A DNA stretch of 64,000 nt from Chitinophaga pinensis (lineage in GTDB: Bacteria > Bacteroidota > Ignavibacteria > Kapaibacteriales > Kapaibacteriaceae). The stretch lies in contig CALRYC010000001.1 in NCBI GenBank assembly GCA_943372295.1, forward strand, positions 3,577 through 67,576. The letters are read 5' to 3'. Below the pieces are notes generated by a model, which saw only the letters and a list, made by a program, of their open reading frames with translations, was not told where the DNA came from and searched no databases. The stretch's first letter is position 1; each line of letters starts with the position of its first letter. Positions 9,959 to 18,988 of the stretch are shown piece after piece. Both the position numbers and the translations under genes were made by a program.

Positions 9959-10390
9959 ATGTCCGTCGACTCGCTTCGCATCTATCACATGGCCGCAGAT
10001 CTCGCCGATAGCATTGCTCGAGAGGTCATACAGTGGGAACCATTCCATCAGAGAACGTTGGGTGATCAGATTGTCCGCGCAGCGGACTCCGTCTCCAACA
10101 ATATCTCCGAGGGATATGGTCGAACTTCCATCGGAGAAAGACTGCAGTTCTACATGTATGCAGAAGGTTCCGTCCAAGAAACGAGGAATTGTCTGGAGCG
10201 TGCCGTAAACCGCGGCCTCATCGATGTGAAGGAATATCAGCGGTTACGACAGTTATGCAGATTGTTGTCAATCGGAATCGTTGAGTTCGCACACGCACAG
10301 TTACAAAGAGAGCCCGACTACAAAGGACCGTTCCGCGAACGAATCGCCAAACGCCGTGAGTGGCTCGTAAAGCGACGCAGAAAAGACTGA
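9959..10390 (+). CDS. Four-helix-bundle protein (23S rRNA intervening-sequence protein / S23p / Avd-like family)
   Basis: RIYHMAADLADSIAREV...LGDQIVRAADSVSNNISEGYGR...FYMYAEGSVQETRNCLERA is the family signature. Confidence 0.8.
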   Translation: MSVDSLRIYHMAADLADSIAREVIQWEPFHQRTLGDQIVRAADSVSNNISEGYGRTSIGERLQFYMYAEGSVQETRNCLERAVNRGLIDVKEYQRLRQLCRLLSIGIVEFAHAQLQREPDYKGPFRERIAKRREWLVKRRRKD

Positions 10391-10392
10391 TT

Positions 10393-10541
10393 GGCTCCGC
10401 TTCGGCTTCCCTCCGCTTCGGCTTCCCCCCGTTTCGGCTTCCCTCCGCTTCGGCTTCCCTCGCGCCCAGCGCGTTTCCCTCGCGCTCCGCGCGCTTCCCT
10501 CCGTTTCGGCTTCCCTCGCGCTTGCGCGCTTCCCTCCGCTC
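10393..10541. repeat. Same 16-mer family array in reverse orientation (GCTTCGGCTTCCCTCC)
   Basis: Read directly. Runs from the stop of the four-helix-bundle gene to the ruvA stop. Confidence 0.9.
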
Positions 10542-11133
10542 AGGCGTTTCTCAGTGCGGCTCGGATCAGCTTCTCTGGTGAATCCGCAAGGGCTGGATCG
10601 GCTGCGACTGCGGCGGCGACGGCGCGTTCGGCCACGGTGCGAACGAAGCCGAGGGCCAGCAGGGCGCTGACAGCATCTTCTGTGGCGCGTGTAGCGGGCA
10701 GCTCGGAGCTCGGGGAGCCTTCGGGGACAATGGCGATGACCTTCTCGCGGAGTTCTACTACGAGGCGTTCGGCGGTCTTCTTGCCAATACCAGGCAACCG
10801 TTGCAGGGCGGCAACGTTGCCGGTGGCGACGGATTTGCGCAGGTCGGCAAGGGTGGCGGCCGAGAGGATGCCGAGAGCTGTTTTGCCCCCTATCCCCTGG
10901 ATCGATGTGAGCAGCGTGAACATTGCCCGCTCGGCCGTGCTGGCGAACCCGAAGAGTTGCATCGCGTCTTCTCGCACGGCAAGGATCGTGTAGAGTGTCA
11001 CGTTTTGCCCCACACTCGGCACAATGTCAGCAGTCGTGAGAGAAACGCTTACGGCGTAGCCAACGCCGTTGCAGTCGATGACGACATCCATGCCGTCTTT
11101 CAGGGCCACGAGGCCTGTGAGCTGTGCGATCAT
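10540..11133 (-). CDS. ruvA: Holliday junction DNA helicase subunit RuvA
   Basis: MIAQLTGLV...VVIDCNGVGYAVSVS...LFGF...ERAMFTLLTSIQGIGGKTALGIL...LQRLPGIGKKTAERLVVELREK. Confidence 0.92.
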   Translation of the reverse strand: MIAQLTGLVALKDGMDVVIDCNGVGYAVSVSLTTADIVPSVGQNVTLYTILAVREDAMQLFGFASTAERAMFTLLTSIQGIGGKTALGILSAATLADLRKSVATGNVAALQRLPGIGKKTAERLVVELREKVIAIVPEGSPSSELPATRATEDAVSALLALGFVRTVAERAVAAAVAADPALADSPEKLIRAALRNA

Positions 11134-11159
11134 GTTCTACGAATATCGTCAGGAGTCCC

Positions 11160-11513
11160 ATGAGTACCGTCGAAGAAGGCAAATGGGCCGAGCAGGTTGC
11201 CGCCGAGTTTCTCGAGCGCAATGAGTTTGAGATCCTCGACCGCAACTTCTATTTCAAGAAAGTTGGCGAACTCGACCTCGTGTGCCGCAAGAACGGCGTC
11301 ATCATCTTTGTCGAAGTGCGCCACCGCAGCTCCCTGCGCTACGGCACCCCCGAAGAGTCGCTCACATATCCAAAGTGCGCCAAGCTCCGCCGCTGCGCCG
11401 AAGCATGGCTGATGCGTCACAAGCTCTTCAACGCCCCTTGCCGTTTTGATATGATCGCCGTCGACACAGCCAAAGGACGCACAGACATTAGACATCACAT
11501 TAACGCATTTTAG
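11160..11513 (+). CDS. yraN: YraN/UPF0102-family endonuclease-like protein
   Basis: AEQVAAEFLERNEFEILDRNF...GELDLVCRKNGVIIFVEVRHR...FDMIAVD. ATG at 11160 (MSTVEEGKW) is preferred over the 11124 start, which overlaps ruvA. Confidence 0.75.
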   Translation: MSTVEEGKWAEQVAAEFLERNEFEILDRNFYFKKVGELDLVCRKNGVIIFVEVRHRSSLRYGTPEESLTYPKCAKLRRCAEAWLMRHKLFNAPCRFDMIAVDTAKGRTDIRHHINAF

Positions 11514-11519
11514 CCGTCG

Positions 11520-11655
11520 CGCCCCGCGCGTTTCCCTCGCGCTCCGCGCGCTTCCCTCGGCGCAGCCGCTTCCCTCCGCTTCGGCTTCCCTCCGCTTCGG
11601 CTTCCCTCCGCTTCGGCTTCCCTCCGCTTCGGCTTCCCTCGCGCGCAGCGCGCGC
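11520..11655. repeat. 16-mer family array, reverse orientation
   Basis: cttccctccgcttcggcttccctccgcttcggc..., read directly between yraN and the permease gene. Confidence 0.9.
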
Positions 11656-11671
11656 TGTATCTTCGCAGTCT

Positions 11672-12754
11672 ATGTGGAGATACTTTCTCAAACGCGTGGC
11701 GCTGTTCATCCCCACGCTGGTGATCATTACGTTGATCTCCTTCGCTGTCAGCCGGCTGGCGCCGGGCGATCCGGCAGCTGCCAAGGTGGGGGCGGGATCG
11801 GATGGGAGTCTTGGCGGACGCAGCACGCTGAACGAGAAGACCATTGAGCTGATCCGCAAGCAGTGGCATCTGGACAAGCCGATCTGGCAGCAGTATGTGA
11901 TCTGGACCGGGGGACTGCTGAGCTTTGAGATGGACTCGGTGTTCACCGAGCGCGGCACCCACTGGTCGGCGGCAGCGTTCACCGGACGTCCGGATTTTGG
12001 GACGTCGTTTGTGGACAACCGACCGGTATTCGATAAGATGATCGAACGCGTGCCGGTGACGCTGATCATGAACCTCCTGGCGATCGTCATTGCCTACTCG
12101 ATCGCTGTGCCGCTGGGCATCTATAGCTCCACGCACCCGGGCACGACGGCAGATAGGGTGTCGACCTTTATGCTGTTTGCCATGTACTCTCTGCCGGTGT
12201 TCTGGATCGGCACGCTGGCGCTGACGTTCCTGGCCAACCCGGAGTTCCTGTCGATCTTTCCCGCCAGCGGCCTGCGCTCGCCGGGCTTTAACGTCAATTG
12301 GTCGGTAGGCAAACGCCTGCTTGACTACGCATGGCATCTTGCCCTGCCCCTTATCGTCTACACGTATGCCGACTTTGCCTTCATCTCGCGTCAGATGCGC
12401 TCGTCGATGCTGGAGGTTATCCGACAGGACTACATCCGCACGGCTCGCGCCAAGGGGTTGAGCGAGCGCACTGTGATCTACCGGCATGCGCTGCGCAACG
12501 CTCTCATCCCGCTGATCACGCTGGTGGCAGCGCTGATCCCGAATCTGATAGGGGGCTCGGTGATCATCGAATCGATCTTCTCCATTCCGGGCATGGGCGA
12601 GCTGTCCTTCCGGGCGCTGATCTCGCGCGACTATCCGATGATCATGGCCGTGTTTACCGTGTCGGCAGTGCTGACGCTCATTGGCATGCTTGTGGCCGAC
12701 GCGCTTTATGCCCTGGTGGACCCGCGCATTTCCTACGGAAGGAAATCCTCATGA
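11672..12754 (+). CDS. ABC transporter permease, DppB/OppB-like
   Basis: Multi-TM protein with N-terminal MWRYFLKRVALFIPTLVIITLISF and the EAA-like loop IRTARAKGLSERTVIYRHALRNALIP. Confidence 0.8.
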   Translation: MWRYFLKRVALFIPTLVIITLISFAVSRLAPGDPAAAKVGAGSDGSLGGRSTLNEKTIELIRKQWHLDKPIWQQYVIWTGGLLSFEMDSVFTERGTHWSAAAFTGRPDFGTSFVDNRPVFDKMIERVPVTLIMNLLAIVIAYSIAVPLGIYSSTHPGTTADRVSTFMLFAMYSLPVFWIGTLALTFLANPEFLSIFPASGLRSPGFNVNWSVGKRLLDYAWHLALPLIVYTYADFAFISRQMRSSMLEVIRQDYIRTARAKGLSERTVIYRHALRNALIPLITLVAALIPNLIGGSVIIESIFSIPGMGELSFRALISRDYPMIMAVFTVSAVLTLIGMLVADALYALVDPRISYGRKSS

Positions 12755-13785
12755 GCACGAAGAACACTGCAACCGAAGGCGAGAGCTACGGTGCGTTCGT
12801 GCGACGTCAGTTCCGAAAGAGCACATTCGGCGTGATCAGTCTGTGGATCGTTTGTACCATCGCCGTGGTGGCGATCCTTGCCGACGTGCTGGCCAACGAC
12901 AAGCCGATCGTCTGCTCGATCAAAAACGAAACACGCTTCCCGGTCTTCGTCGAATACGGCGTCAGCCTCGGTATCACCACATGGGGCGCCGACTTTGCAA
13001 CGGCCGACTGGAAGACGCTGCCGTATGACTGGGCCGTGTGGCCTCCGGTGCCGTTTGCGCCCAACAGCACCGACAAGAACCTCGTGACGCTGAAGGACCG
13101 AGCCCCCTCGTCAAAGCACCTTCTGGGTACTGACGGACTCGGACGTGACGTGCTGGCCGGGGTCATTCACGGCAGCCGCTACGCTCTGAGTATCGGCTTT
13201 ATCGCCATGTCAATTGCGCTGACCATTGGGATCATTCTCGGTGCCATCGCGGGCTTCTTCGGGGGCTTGGTGGATATCATCATTTCACGCCTCATCGAGA
13301 TCGTCATCACCTTCCCGCGCTTCTTCCTGATCATCACCATCGTGGCTCTGGTCGAGCAAGGCTCATTGTGGCTGATCATGGGGCTTATCGGCCTTACTGG
13401 CTGGACCTCGATCGCGCGCTTCATGCGCGGCGAAGTTCTGCGCGTTCGCAACCTTGATTACATATCGGCGGCCACCGCCCTGGGATACTCCACACCGCGC
13501 GTGATCTTCCGTCACGTCATCCCCAACGCCATCGCCCCGGTGCTGATCTATGCCGCCTTCGGCATCGTCAGCGCCATCCTCTTCGAAAGTGCGCTGTCGT
13601 TCCTTGGCTTCGGCGTTCCGCCCACCGTCGTTACCTGGGGCAGCGTTCTGCAAGCCGCCCGCTCCAGCACCGCCTCATGGTGGCTTGCCATCTTCCCGGG
13701 CCTGATGATCTTCATCACCGTCAGCGCCTTCAATCTTATCGGCGATGCCCTTCGCGACGCAACGGATCCGCGGCTGAGAAGCTGA
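12751..13785 (+). CDS. ABC transporter permease, DppC/OppC-like
   Basis: Start ATG at 12751 overlaps the upstream stop (ATGA). HLLGTDGLGRDVLAGVIHGSR and ISAATALGYSTPRVIFRHVIPNAIAP. The ORF-track start 12331 is an in-frame extension inside the previous gene. Confidence 0.8.
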   Translation: MSTKNTATEGESYGAFVRRQFRKSTFGVISLWIVCTIAVVAILADVLANDKPIVCSIKNETRFPVFVEYGVSLGITTWGADFATADWKTLPYDWAVWPPVPFAPNSTDKNLVTLKDRAPSSKHLLGTDGLGRDVLAGVIHGSRYALSIGFIAMSIALTIGIILGAIAGFFGGLVDIIISRLIEIVITFPRFFLIITIVALVEQGSLWLIMGLIGLTGWTSIARFMRGEVLRVRNLDYISAATALGYSTPRVIFRHVIPNAIAPVLIYAAFGIVSAILFESALSFLGFGVPPTVVTWGSVLQAARSSTASWWLAIFPGLMIFITVSAFNLIGDALRDATDPRLRS

Positions 13786-13787
13786 GG

Positions 13788-13836
13788 AGTCCCCAGTCCC
13801 CAGTACCCAGTACCCAGTCCCCAGTACCCAGTACCC
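13788..13836. repeat. Heptamer tandem repeat, 7 units of AGTCCCC/AGTACCC
   Basis: Read directly. Lies between the permease stop (13785) and the HisA-like start (13857). Confidence 0.9.
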
Positions 13837-13856
13837 CTCTTGGCGTATTTTCGCAT

Positions 13857-14711
13857 ATGCTTCTGATCATTCCTGCGATCGATCTCACGGGTGGGCAGGC
13901 GCTGCGGTGCATCCGTGGCGTGCCCGGCACGGAGGAGTTGTATACGCAGATCAGTGAGCAGCCGGTGGAGCTGGCGCAATTGTGGCGACGTGAGAATGCC
14001 AAGTGTTTGCATGTGACGGACATCGACTCGTGGAAGGGACGTTCGTCCGAGGTGAATGACCGCACGGTGGTGCAGATGCAGAAGGCAATCGATGTGCCGG
14101 TGCAGTATGTGACCAGGCGTGACACGATTGAAGCGTACGATCGACTTCTGCAGCAGGGTGTCTACCGTGTGGCGCTGAACGTTGTCGTGTGGACCGATCC
14201 GGAGGGGGTACGGAAGCTGGTAGAGCAATACGGACCCAGCCGCGTGATCTTTGGCGTGCGCGCGCACAACGGTCAGATCGACCTTGGGCAGGGGGCTGGC
14301 AGCGTCAGCGACGAGGACTTCATCCTTCGCGTACAGTCGATCGGGGGCAAGCGCGTGCTGTACACGGAGGTGGACTGGGAGGGGAATCTGACCGGTGAGG
14401 ACCTGGCCACGATCCGGCGCGTGGCGGCCATCGCGCCCCTTCGCATGACCATGGCAGGGGGCATTGCATCGCCGCAGCAGCTCTGGGAGATGCAGAAGGA
14501 TGTGCCGGTGAACGTGGACTCGGTGGTGATCGGACGGGCGATGTACGAAAACCGGTTTCCGTGTCAGGCGATGTGGCGCGAGATCGAGGCAGACCTCGAG
14601 CCGGGCATCCACGCCAAGGCCCACACGATCGCTCAGCAGTCGTCGCTTACTGAATGCGATACACCAATGCAACCGACGCGGCCATCAGATCCAGCGGCGT
14701 CTGCGTCATAA
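13857..14711 (+). CDS. HisA/HisF-family TIM-barrel protein (ProFAR isomerase-like)
   Basis: MLLIIPAIDLTGGQALRCIRG..., DIDSWKG, MAGGIASPQQL, VVIGRAMYENRF. The ORF-track start 13677 reads through the heptamer repeat. The 3' tail overlaps the convergent porin gene by 65 bp. Confidence 0.65.
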   Translation: MLLIIPAIDLTGGQALRCIRGVPGTEELYTQISEQPVELAQLWRRENAKCLHVTDIDSWKGRSSEVNDRTVVQMQKAIDVPVQYVTRRDTIEAYDRLLQQGVYRVALNVVVWTDPEGVRKLVEQYGPSRVIFGVRAHNGQIDLGQGAGSVSDEDFILRVQSIGGKRVLYTEVDWEGNLTGEDLATIRRVAAIAPLRMTMAGGIASPQQLWEMQKDVPVNVDSVVIGRAMYENRFPCQAMWREIEADLEPGIHAKAHTIAQQSSLTECDTPMQPTRPSDPAASAS

Positions 14712-15213
14712 GACGCGTCCACCGGCCGCTGAGGCTTAGCTCCAGCCGTTCGGACAGCGGAACTTCGAGTCCAACGTGCGTCCCGAAACACGCGCCGAGT
14801 GGTGACGCAAGCGAAGCATGCCCGGCAAGTGTATCGGATGCCGGGATGAGATATCCAAAGCCCATTTCAAGTCCCACAAACGGCGAGATGCCATGCTTGA
14901 GCATGCGCCACGTGCCGGTGGCCGTGATCTGCGTCAGCGACAGGTCTGCCTGCGGCACACCGCCTCGTGCGGGGGTACCTGTGCTCGTGGTGAGCCACGA
15001 GCCCCCGACGCCGAACTCAAGCGTACGTGTGGGTGACCACAGGTAGCGAACATCGAATTGCAGAGACTGGCCAAGTCCCAACGAATCCTGCAGCGCCCCC
15101 TGCGGCCGCGCCAGACGAAGAGATCCGGCAACGTAGCTGCGGGCCGACTGCGCCATGAGCGGCGATATCGAAGTCATGCAGACAAGCACAAGAACGCAGC
15201 GATACCACATCAT
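14647..15213 (-). CDS. Small outer-membrane beta-barrel (OmpW/porin-like) protein
   Basis: Signal peptide MMWYRCVLVLVCMTSISPLMAQ, alternating hydrophobic beta-strand pattern, aromatic C-terminus (LVYRIQ). Confidence 0.5.
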   Translation of the reverse strand: MMWYRCVLVLVCMTSISPLMAQSARSYVAGSLRLARPQGALQDSLGLGQSLQFDVRYLWSPTRTLEFGVGGSWLTTSTGTPARGGVPQADLSLTQITATGTWRMLKHGISPFVGLEMGFGYLIPASDTLAGHASLASPLGACFGTHVGLEVPLSERLELSLSGRWTRLMTQTPLDLMAASVALVYRIQ

Positions 15214-15276
15214 ACAACGTCAGTCCTGAGTGTGTTTTTCGATCGTCAAGATAGGGAAGCAAATCACGATTTCTCG

Positions 15277-15284
15277 TATGTTTG
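15277..15284 (+). promoter_or_regulatory. Possible Bacteroidota-type -7 promoter element (TAnnTTTG) upstream of nuoG
   Basis: TATGTTTG lies 49 bp upstream of the nuoG ATG. This is a motif match only. Confidence 0.2.
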
Positions 15285-15332
15285 CTGCACTGCGGACACC
15301 CGTGTGACGAATGAAATCGAGCAAGGACAGAC

Positions 15333-17108
15333 ATGCCCCAGATCATCATTGACGGACAGGTAATCGAGGCAACAGCCGGGCAGACGATCATCGAGGCTGC
15401 CCTCGAGAGCGGTAAGACCATCCCGCACTTCTGCTGGCATCCGGCCCTGTCGGTGGCCGGCAATTGCCGCATGTGCCTGGTAAACGTTGGAACGCACAAG
15501 AAGGACACGGACGGATCGCTGATGTTCGGCGACGACGGGGCTCCTGTTGTGAACTGGTTCCCGAAGATGCAGATCGCCTGCGCCACGCCGGTGTCCGACG
15601 GCATGATCGTCGACACGACGAGCCCAAAGACCGAGTCGGCCCAGAATGCTGTGATGGAGTTCCTGCTCATCAACCATCCGCTGGACTGTCCGATCTGCGA
15701 CGAAGCGGGGCAGTGCAAGCTGCAGGAATACGCCTTCAACCACTCGAAGGGCAAGAGCCGCTTCGACGAAGAGAAGACCCACAAGGACAAGCGCGTCGAG
15801 CTCGGCCCGAACGTCATGTTCGACGGCGAGCGCTGCATCTCGTGTTCGCGCTGCATACGCTTTGCCGACGAAGTTGCCAAGCAGCCTGTGCTGTCGTTTG
15901 TGCAGCGCGGAGACAAGGTGACGATCCGCACGTTCCCGGGCACGACCTTCGACAGTGAGTACTCGATGAACGTCATCGACATCTGTCCGGTAGGCGCGCT
16001 AACGAGCATCGACTTCCGCTTCAAGGCCCGCGTCTGGGAAATGTCGTTCACCGACAGCGTCTGTGTGGGTTGCGCTCGCGGCTGTAACATCAGCATCGGC
16101 GTGATGAACAACGAAGTGCTGCGTGCCGAGCCCCGTACCAACATGCATGTGAACACCTACTGGATGTGCGACACCGGACGTCTGGCCGTGCCCGATATGG
16201 TCAACGAAAACCGTCTCCTATCCCCGCAGGTGCGCCGCGCCGGCCAGCTTGCTGACGTTTCTTGGCCTGAGGCGATCGATGCTGCAGCAGCTGCTCTCAA
16301 GGGGCTCAAGGGCAACGAGATCTTTGTGTTCGGATCAGCCAAGGCCTCCAACGAAGACAACTACCTCATGGCGCGCCTGGCCCACGAGGTGCTCAAGACC
16401 GGCAACTTGGACTTCATCAAGCACAACGACCACACGTTTGGCGACGAGATATTGCGTCTGAACGACCGCGCCCCGAACGCCATCGGCGCCCATACGGTGG
16501 GCATTGCCCCGAAGGACGGCGGACATAGCGTAGAGGCGTTTGCCGGACGTGCCGCACACGGAGGTATCAAGACCGTTATCGTGCTCGGAGACGACCCGGC
16601 AGGTGTATCGAATGATCTTGCCCAGGCCCTTGCCGGGGTGGACAACATCATCGTGATCGGATCGCACAACACCGCCACAACCAAGCTTGCCACCATCATC
16701 CTGCCACGCTCGGTGTGGGCCGAGACGGACGGCACGTTCACCAATACCACGCACCGAGTGCAGCGCTTCGAGGCCGCCGTGGTGACCAAGGAGAACATGC
16801 GCTCGATGGGCATGAAGATGAGTCGGTGGGATAAGTTCGGAGCCCCGAACGATCGCTGGACGAATGGTGAGCGCCGCGACTGTCGTCCGGCCTGGCGCAT
16901 CATCAGCCAGATCGCCGAAGCACTTGGAACTCAATTCGGCTACTCTAACTCATCCGATGTCTTTGCTGACATCACATCGCACATCGCCCCCTTCAAGGGC
17001 ATGACGCTTTCGGGTCTTTCCGAGCATCAGGGGCTGGTTCTTGGCAAGGGCACTGAGCCGGAGCCGAGGGGAGTCGTTTACGAATCGCACGTGCTGAAAC
17101 CACAGTAA
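15333..17108 (+). CDS. nuoG: NADH-quinone oxidoreductase subunit G (short form)
   Basis: MPQIIIDGQVIEATAGQTIIEAAL...IPHFCWHPALSVAGNCRMCLV, HPLDCPICDEAGQCKLQ, CISCSRCIRF. Confidence 0.9.
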   Translation: MPQIIIDGQVIEATAGQTIIEAALESGKTIPHFCWHPALSVAGNCRMCLVNVGTHKKDTDGSLMFGDDGAPVVNWFPKMQIACATPVSDGMIVDTTSPKTESAQNAVMEFLLINHPLDCPICDEAGQCKLQEYAFNHSKGKSRFDEEKTHKDKRVELGPNVMFDGERCISCSRCIRFADEVAKQPVLSFVQRGDKVTIRTFPGTTFDSEYSMNVIDICPVGALTSIDFRFKARVWEMSFTDSVCVGCARGCNISIGVMNNEVLRAEPRTNMHVNTYWMCDTGRLAVPDMVNENRLLSPQVRRAGQLADVSWPEAIDAAAAALKGLKGNEIFVFGSAKASNEDNYLMARLAHEVLKTGNLDFIKHNDHTFGDEILRLNDRAPNAIGAHTVGIAPKDGGHSVEAFAGRAAHGGIKTVIVLGDDPAGVSNDLAQALAGVDNIIVIGSHNTATTKLATIILPRSVWAETDGTFTNTTHRVQRFEAAVVTKENMRSMGMKMSRWDKFGAPNDRWTNGERRDCRPAWRIISQIAEALGTQFGYSNSSDVFADITSHIAPFKGMTLSGLSEHQGLVLGKGTEPEPRGVVYESHVLKPQ

Positions 17109-17115
17109 GAACACT

Positions 17116-18177
17116 ATGGCTATTCCAACAAATCTGTTGATCGCGCTCATCCAGGCCGGCATCCTGGTGAACCTGATGCTTGTGGCGGCTGCCTACATGG
17201 TGCTTGCCGAGCGGAAGATCGCCGCCTGGATTCAGAACCGTGTCGGACCCAACCGGGTTGGACCGTGGGGCTTGTTCCAGTCGTTTGCCGACGTGTTCAA
17301 GCTTTACCTCAAGGAGGACGTGGTCCCGGCGGCTGCCGACTACCGTTTCCACGCGCTGGCGCCGGTGATCTCCATCGGCGTTGCCATTACGGTGTATGCC
17401 ATCATCCCGTTTTCGCCTGCGTATGTGCATGACGGTGTTGCGTACAGTCTGGCGATGGCTCCCAACATGGACATCGGCATTCTGGCCGTGCTTGCCATGA
17501 CGTCGGTAGGTGTTTACGGCGTGGCTCTTGCCGGTTGGAGTTCCAACAACAAGTACTCGCTTCTGGGTGGCCTTCGTTCGGCGGCGCAGATGATCTCGTA
17601 TGAGCTTTCGATGGGTCTGGCCATCATCGGCGTGGTCCTCGTCTCCGGCACACTCAACATCGTCGAGATGATCGACAAGCAGGCCGCCTACGGCTGGAAC
17701 GTTCTCTACCAGCCGATCGGCTTCATCCTGTTCCTCATCACGGCCCTTGCCGAGACCAACCGTGCTCCGTTCGACCTTCCAGAGGCCGAGCCCGAGCTCG
17801 TTGGAGGCTACCACACGGAATACTCCGGCATGAAGTTTGGTCTCCTGTACCTTGCCGAGTATGCCAACATGCTTGCCTCAAGCGCCATCATGGCGGCCAT
17901 GTATTTAGGGGGCTGGGATGCCATCCCGTTCCTTGATGATGCGACGGTCCTCGGACTCGAAGCCGGCTCGATCCCAATGGTCCTGATCGGTCACGTCGTC
18001 TTCCTCAGCAAGGCCTTCCTTCTGGTGTTTGTCTTCATCTGGGTGCGCTGGTCACTTCCGCGCTTCCGCTATGATCAGCTCATGAACCTCGGCTGGAAGA
18101 TCCTTCTTCCGATCTCCCTCGTCAATGTTGTGGTAACTGGTCTGGTGATCTTCTTCCAGCAGTATTTCTCGAAATAA
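17116..18177 (+). CDS. nuoH: NADH-quinone oxidoreductase subunit H
   Basis: LAERKIAAWIQNRVGPNRVGPWGLFQSFADVFKL..., AETNRAPFDLPEAEPELVGGYHTEYSGMKF. Confidence 0.92.
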   Translation: MAIPTNLLIALIQAGILVNLMLVAAAYMVLAERKIAAWIQNRVGPNRVGPWGLFQSFADVFKLYLKEDVVPAAADYRFHALAPVISIGVAITVYAIIPFSPAYVHDGVAYSLAMAPNMDIGILAVLAMTSVGVYGVALAGWSSNNKYSLLGGLRSAAQMISYELSMGLAIIGVVLVSGTLNIVEMIDKQAAYGWNVLYQPIGFILFLITALAETNRAPFDLPEAEPELVGGYHTEYSGMKFGLLYLAEYANMLASSAIMAAMYLGGWDAIPFLDDATVLGLEAGSIPMVLIGHVVFLSKAFLLVFVFIWVRWSLPRFRYDQLMNLGWKILLPISLVNVVVTGLVIFFQQYFSK

Positions 18178-18221
18178 CTGAACGCGCCTTCGGCGAGTGA
18201 ATGTTGCGGAAGTCTTGAATC

Positions 18222-18250
18222 CGAAACCTGAAACCTGAAACCTGAAACCT
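18222..18250. repeat. Heptamer tandem repeat (TGAAACC x4) ending 4 nt before the nuoI ATG
   Basis: cgaaacctgaaacctgaaacctgaaacctgttATG, read directly. Confidence 0.9.
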
Positions 18251-18253
18251 GTT

Positions 18254-18754
18254 ATGGCCAACATCAAAGAAAACATCGAATCGCAGCGTCTGAATTTCTG
18301 GGAGCGCATCTACCTTCCCGAGATCGCAAAGGGGCTTGGGTTGACGTTGAAGCAGATGTTCAAGCCCACGTTCACACGTCAATACCCGGAAGAACGCTGG
18401 ATCCCCGAGGGTTCCTATCGTGGACGTCCGGTTCTTGTGCAGGAAGAGGACGGCGAGCGCTGCGTAGCCTGCGGCCTCTGCTCACGGGTGTGCCCTGCTC
18501 TTGCAATCGAGGTCCGCGCTGCCGAAACCACGGCCGACAAAGAACGCTACCCTGAGAAGTTCGAGATCAACATGCTTCGATGCATCTACTGCGGCTTCTG
18601 CGAAGAAGTCTGCCCTGAAGAAGCCATCGTGATGAGCAAGGACTACGAACTGGTGTTCGGTTCACAAGAAGAAGGCATCCTCGGCAAGGACAAGCTCCTG
18701 GTGCCCGTTGCCCAGCTCCAGGAACGTCTGGAGTTTTTGCGGCAGTGGCGCTGA
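18254..18754 (+). CDS. nuoI: NADH-quinone oxidoreductase subunit I (2x[4Fe-4S])
   Basis: [12 protein letters not shown] and [12 protein letters not shown] ferredoxin motifs. Size and position after nuoH fit. Confidence 0.9.
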   Translation: MANIKENIESQRLNFWERIYLPEIAKGLGLTLKQMFKPTFTRQYPEERWIPEGSYRGRPVLVQEEDGERCVACGLCSRVCPALAIEVRAAETTADKERYPEKFEINMLRCIYCGFCEEVCPEEAIVMSKDYELVFGSQEEGILGKDKLLVPVAQLQERLEFLRQWR

Positions 18755-18760
18755 GCGCCT

Positions 18761-18967
18761 GAGCGGAGGGAAGCCGAAGCGGAGGGAAGCGCGCAAGCGC
18801 GAGGGAAACCGAAGCGGAGGGAAGCCGAAGCGGAGGGAAGCCGAAGCGGAGGGAAGCCGAAGCGGAGGGAAACCGAAGCGGAGGGAAGCCGAAGCGGAGG
18901 GAAACCGAAGCGGAGGGAAACCGAAGCGGAGGGAAGCGCGCTTCGCGCGAGGGAAACCGAAGCGGAG
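18761..18967. repeat. 16-mer family array (GGAGGGAAGCCGAAGC / GGAGGGAAACCGAAGC), forward orientation
   Basis: Read directly after the nuoI stop. Confidence 0.9.
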
Positions 18968-18988
18968 TTGGGCCTCACACCTCAAACC

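Noticed and set aside
9959-10390. Diversity-generating retroelement, since the four-helix-bundle protein is Avd-like.
   Set aside because: No reverse transcriptase gene and no template/variable repeat pair with adenine-specific differences are visible nearby.
9443-10993. Long low-complexity ORFs reading SLRRFPSAGFPP / SLRFGFPPLRLPSA (9443..9898, 9454..9981, 10360..10581, 10391..10993). The same type occurs at 18643..19006 and 11500..12090.
   Set aside because: They are products of reading through the 16-mer arrays in either direction. They also overlap well-supported genes (ruvA, the permease).
13788-13836. CCCCAGT-type heptamers as evidence of a cyanobacterial origin (STRR1).
   Set aside because: The gene content (T9SS sorting domains, PorX, SD-less leaders) points to an FCB-group bacterium. 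The similarity is limited to the 7-mer.
11510-17814. Large antisense ORFs: 11510..12487(-), 13548..14672(-), 15017..16156(-), 16335..16934(-), 16993..17814(-). Others elsewhere are 26601..27146(-), 30074..30793(-), 37184..38299(-), 46270..47115(+) and 55821..56519(-).
   Set aside because: Each lies opposite a gene with clear family motifs (permeases, HisA-like, nuoG/H, DUF932-like, SNF2, Res, T9SS cargo, Rieske). Their composition is Arg/Gly/His-rich shadow-like sequence.
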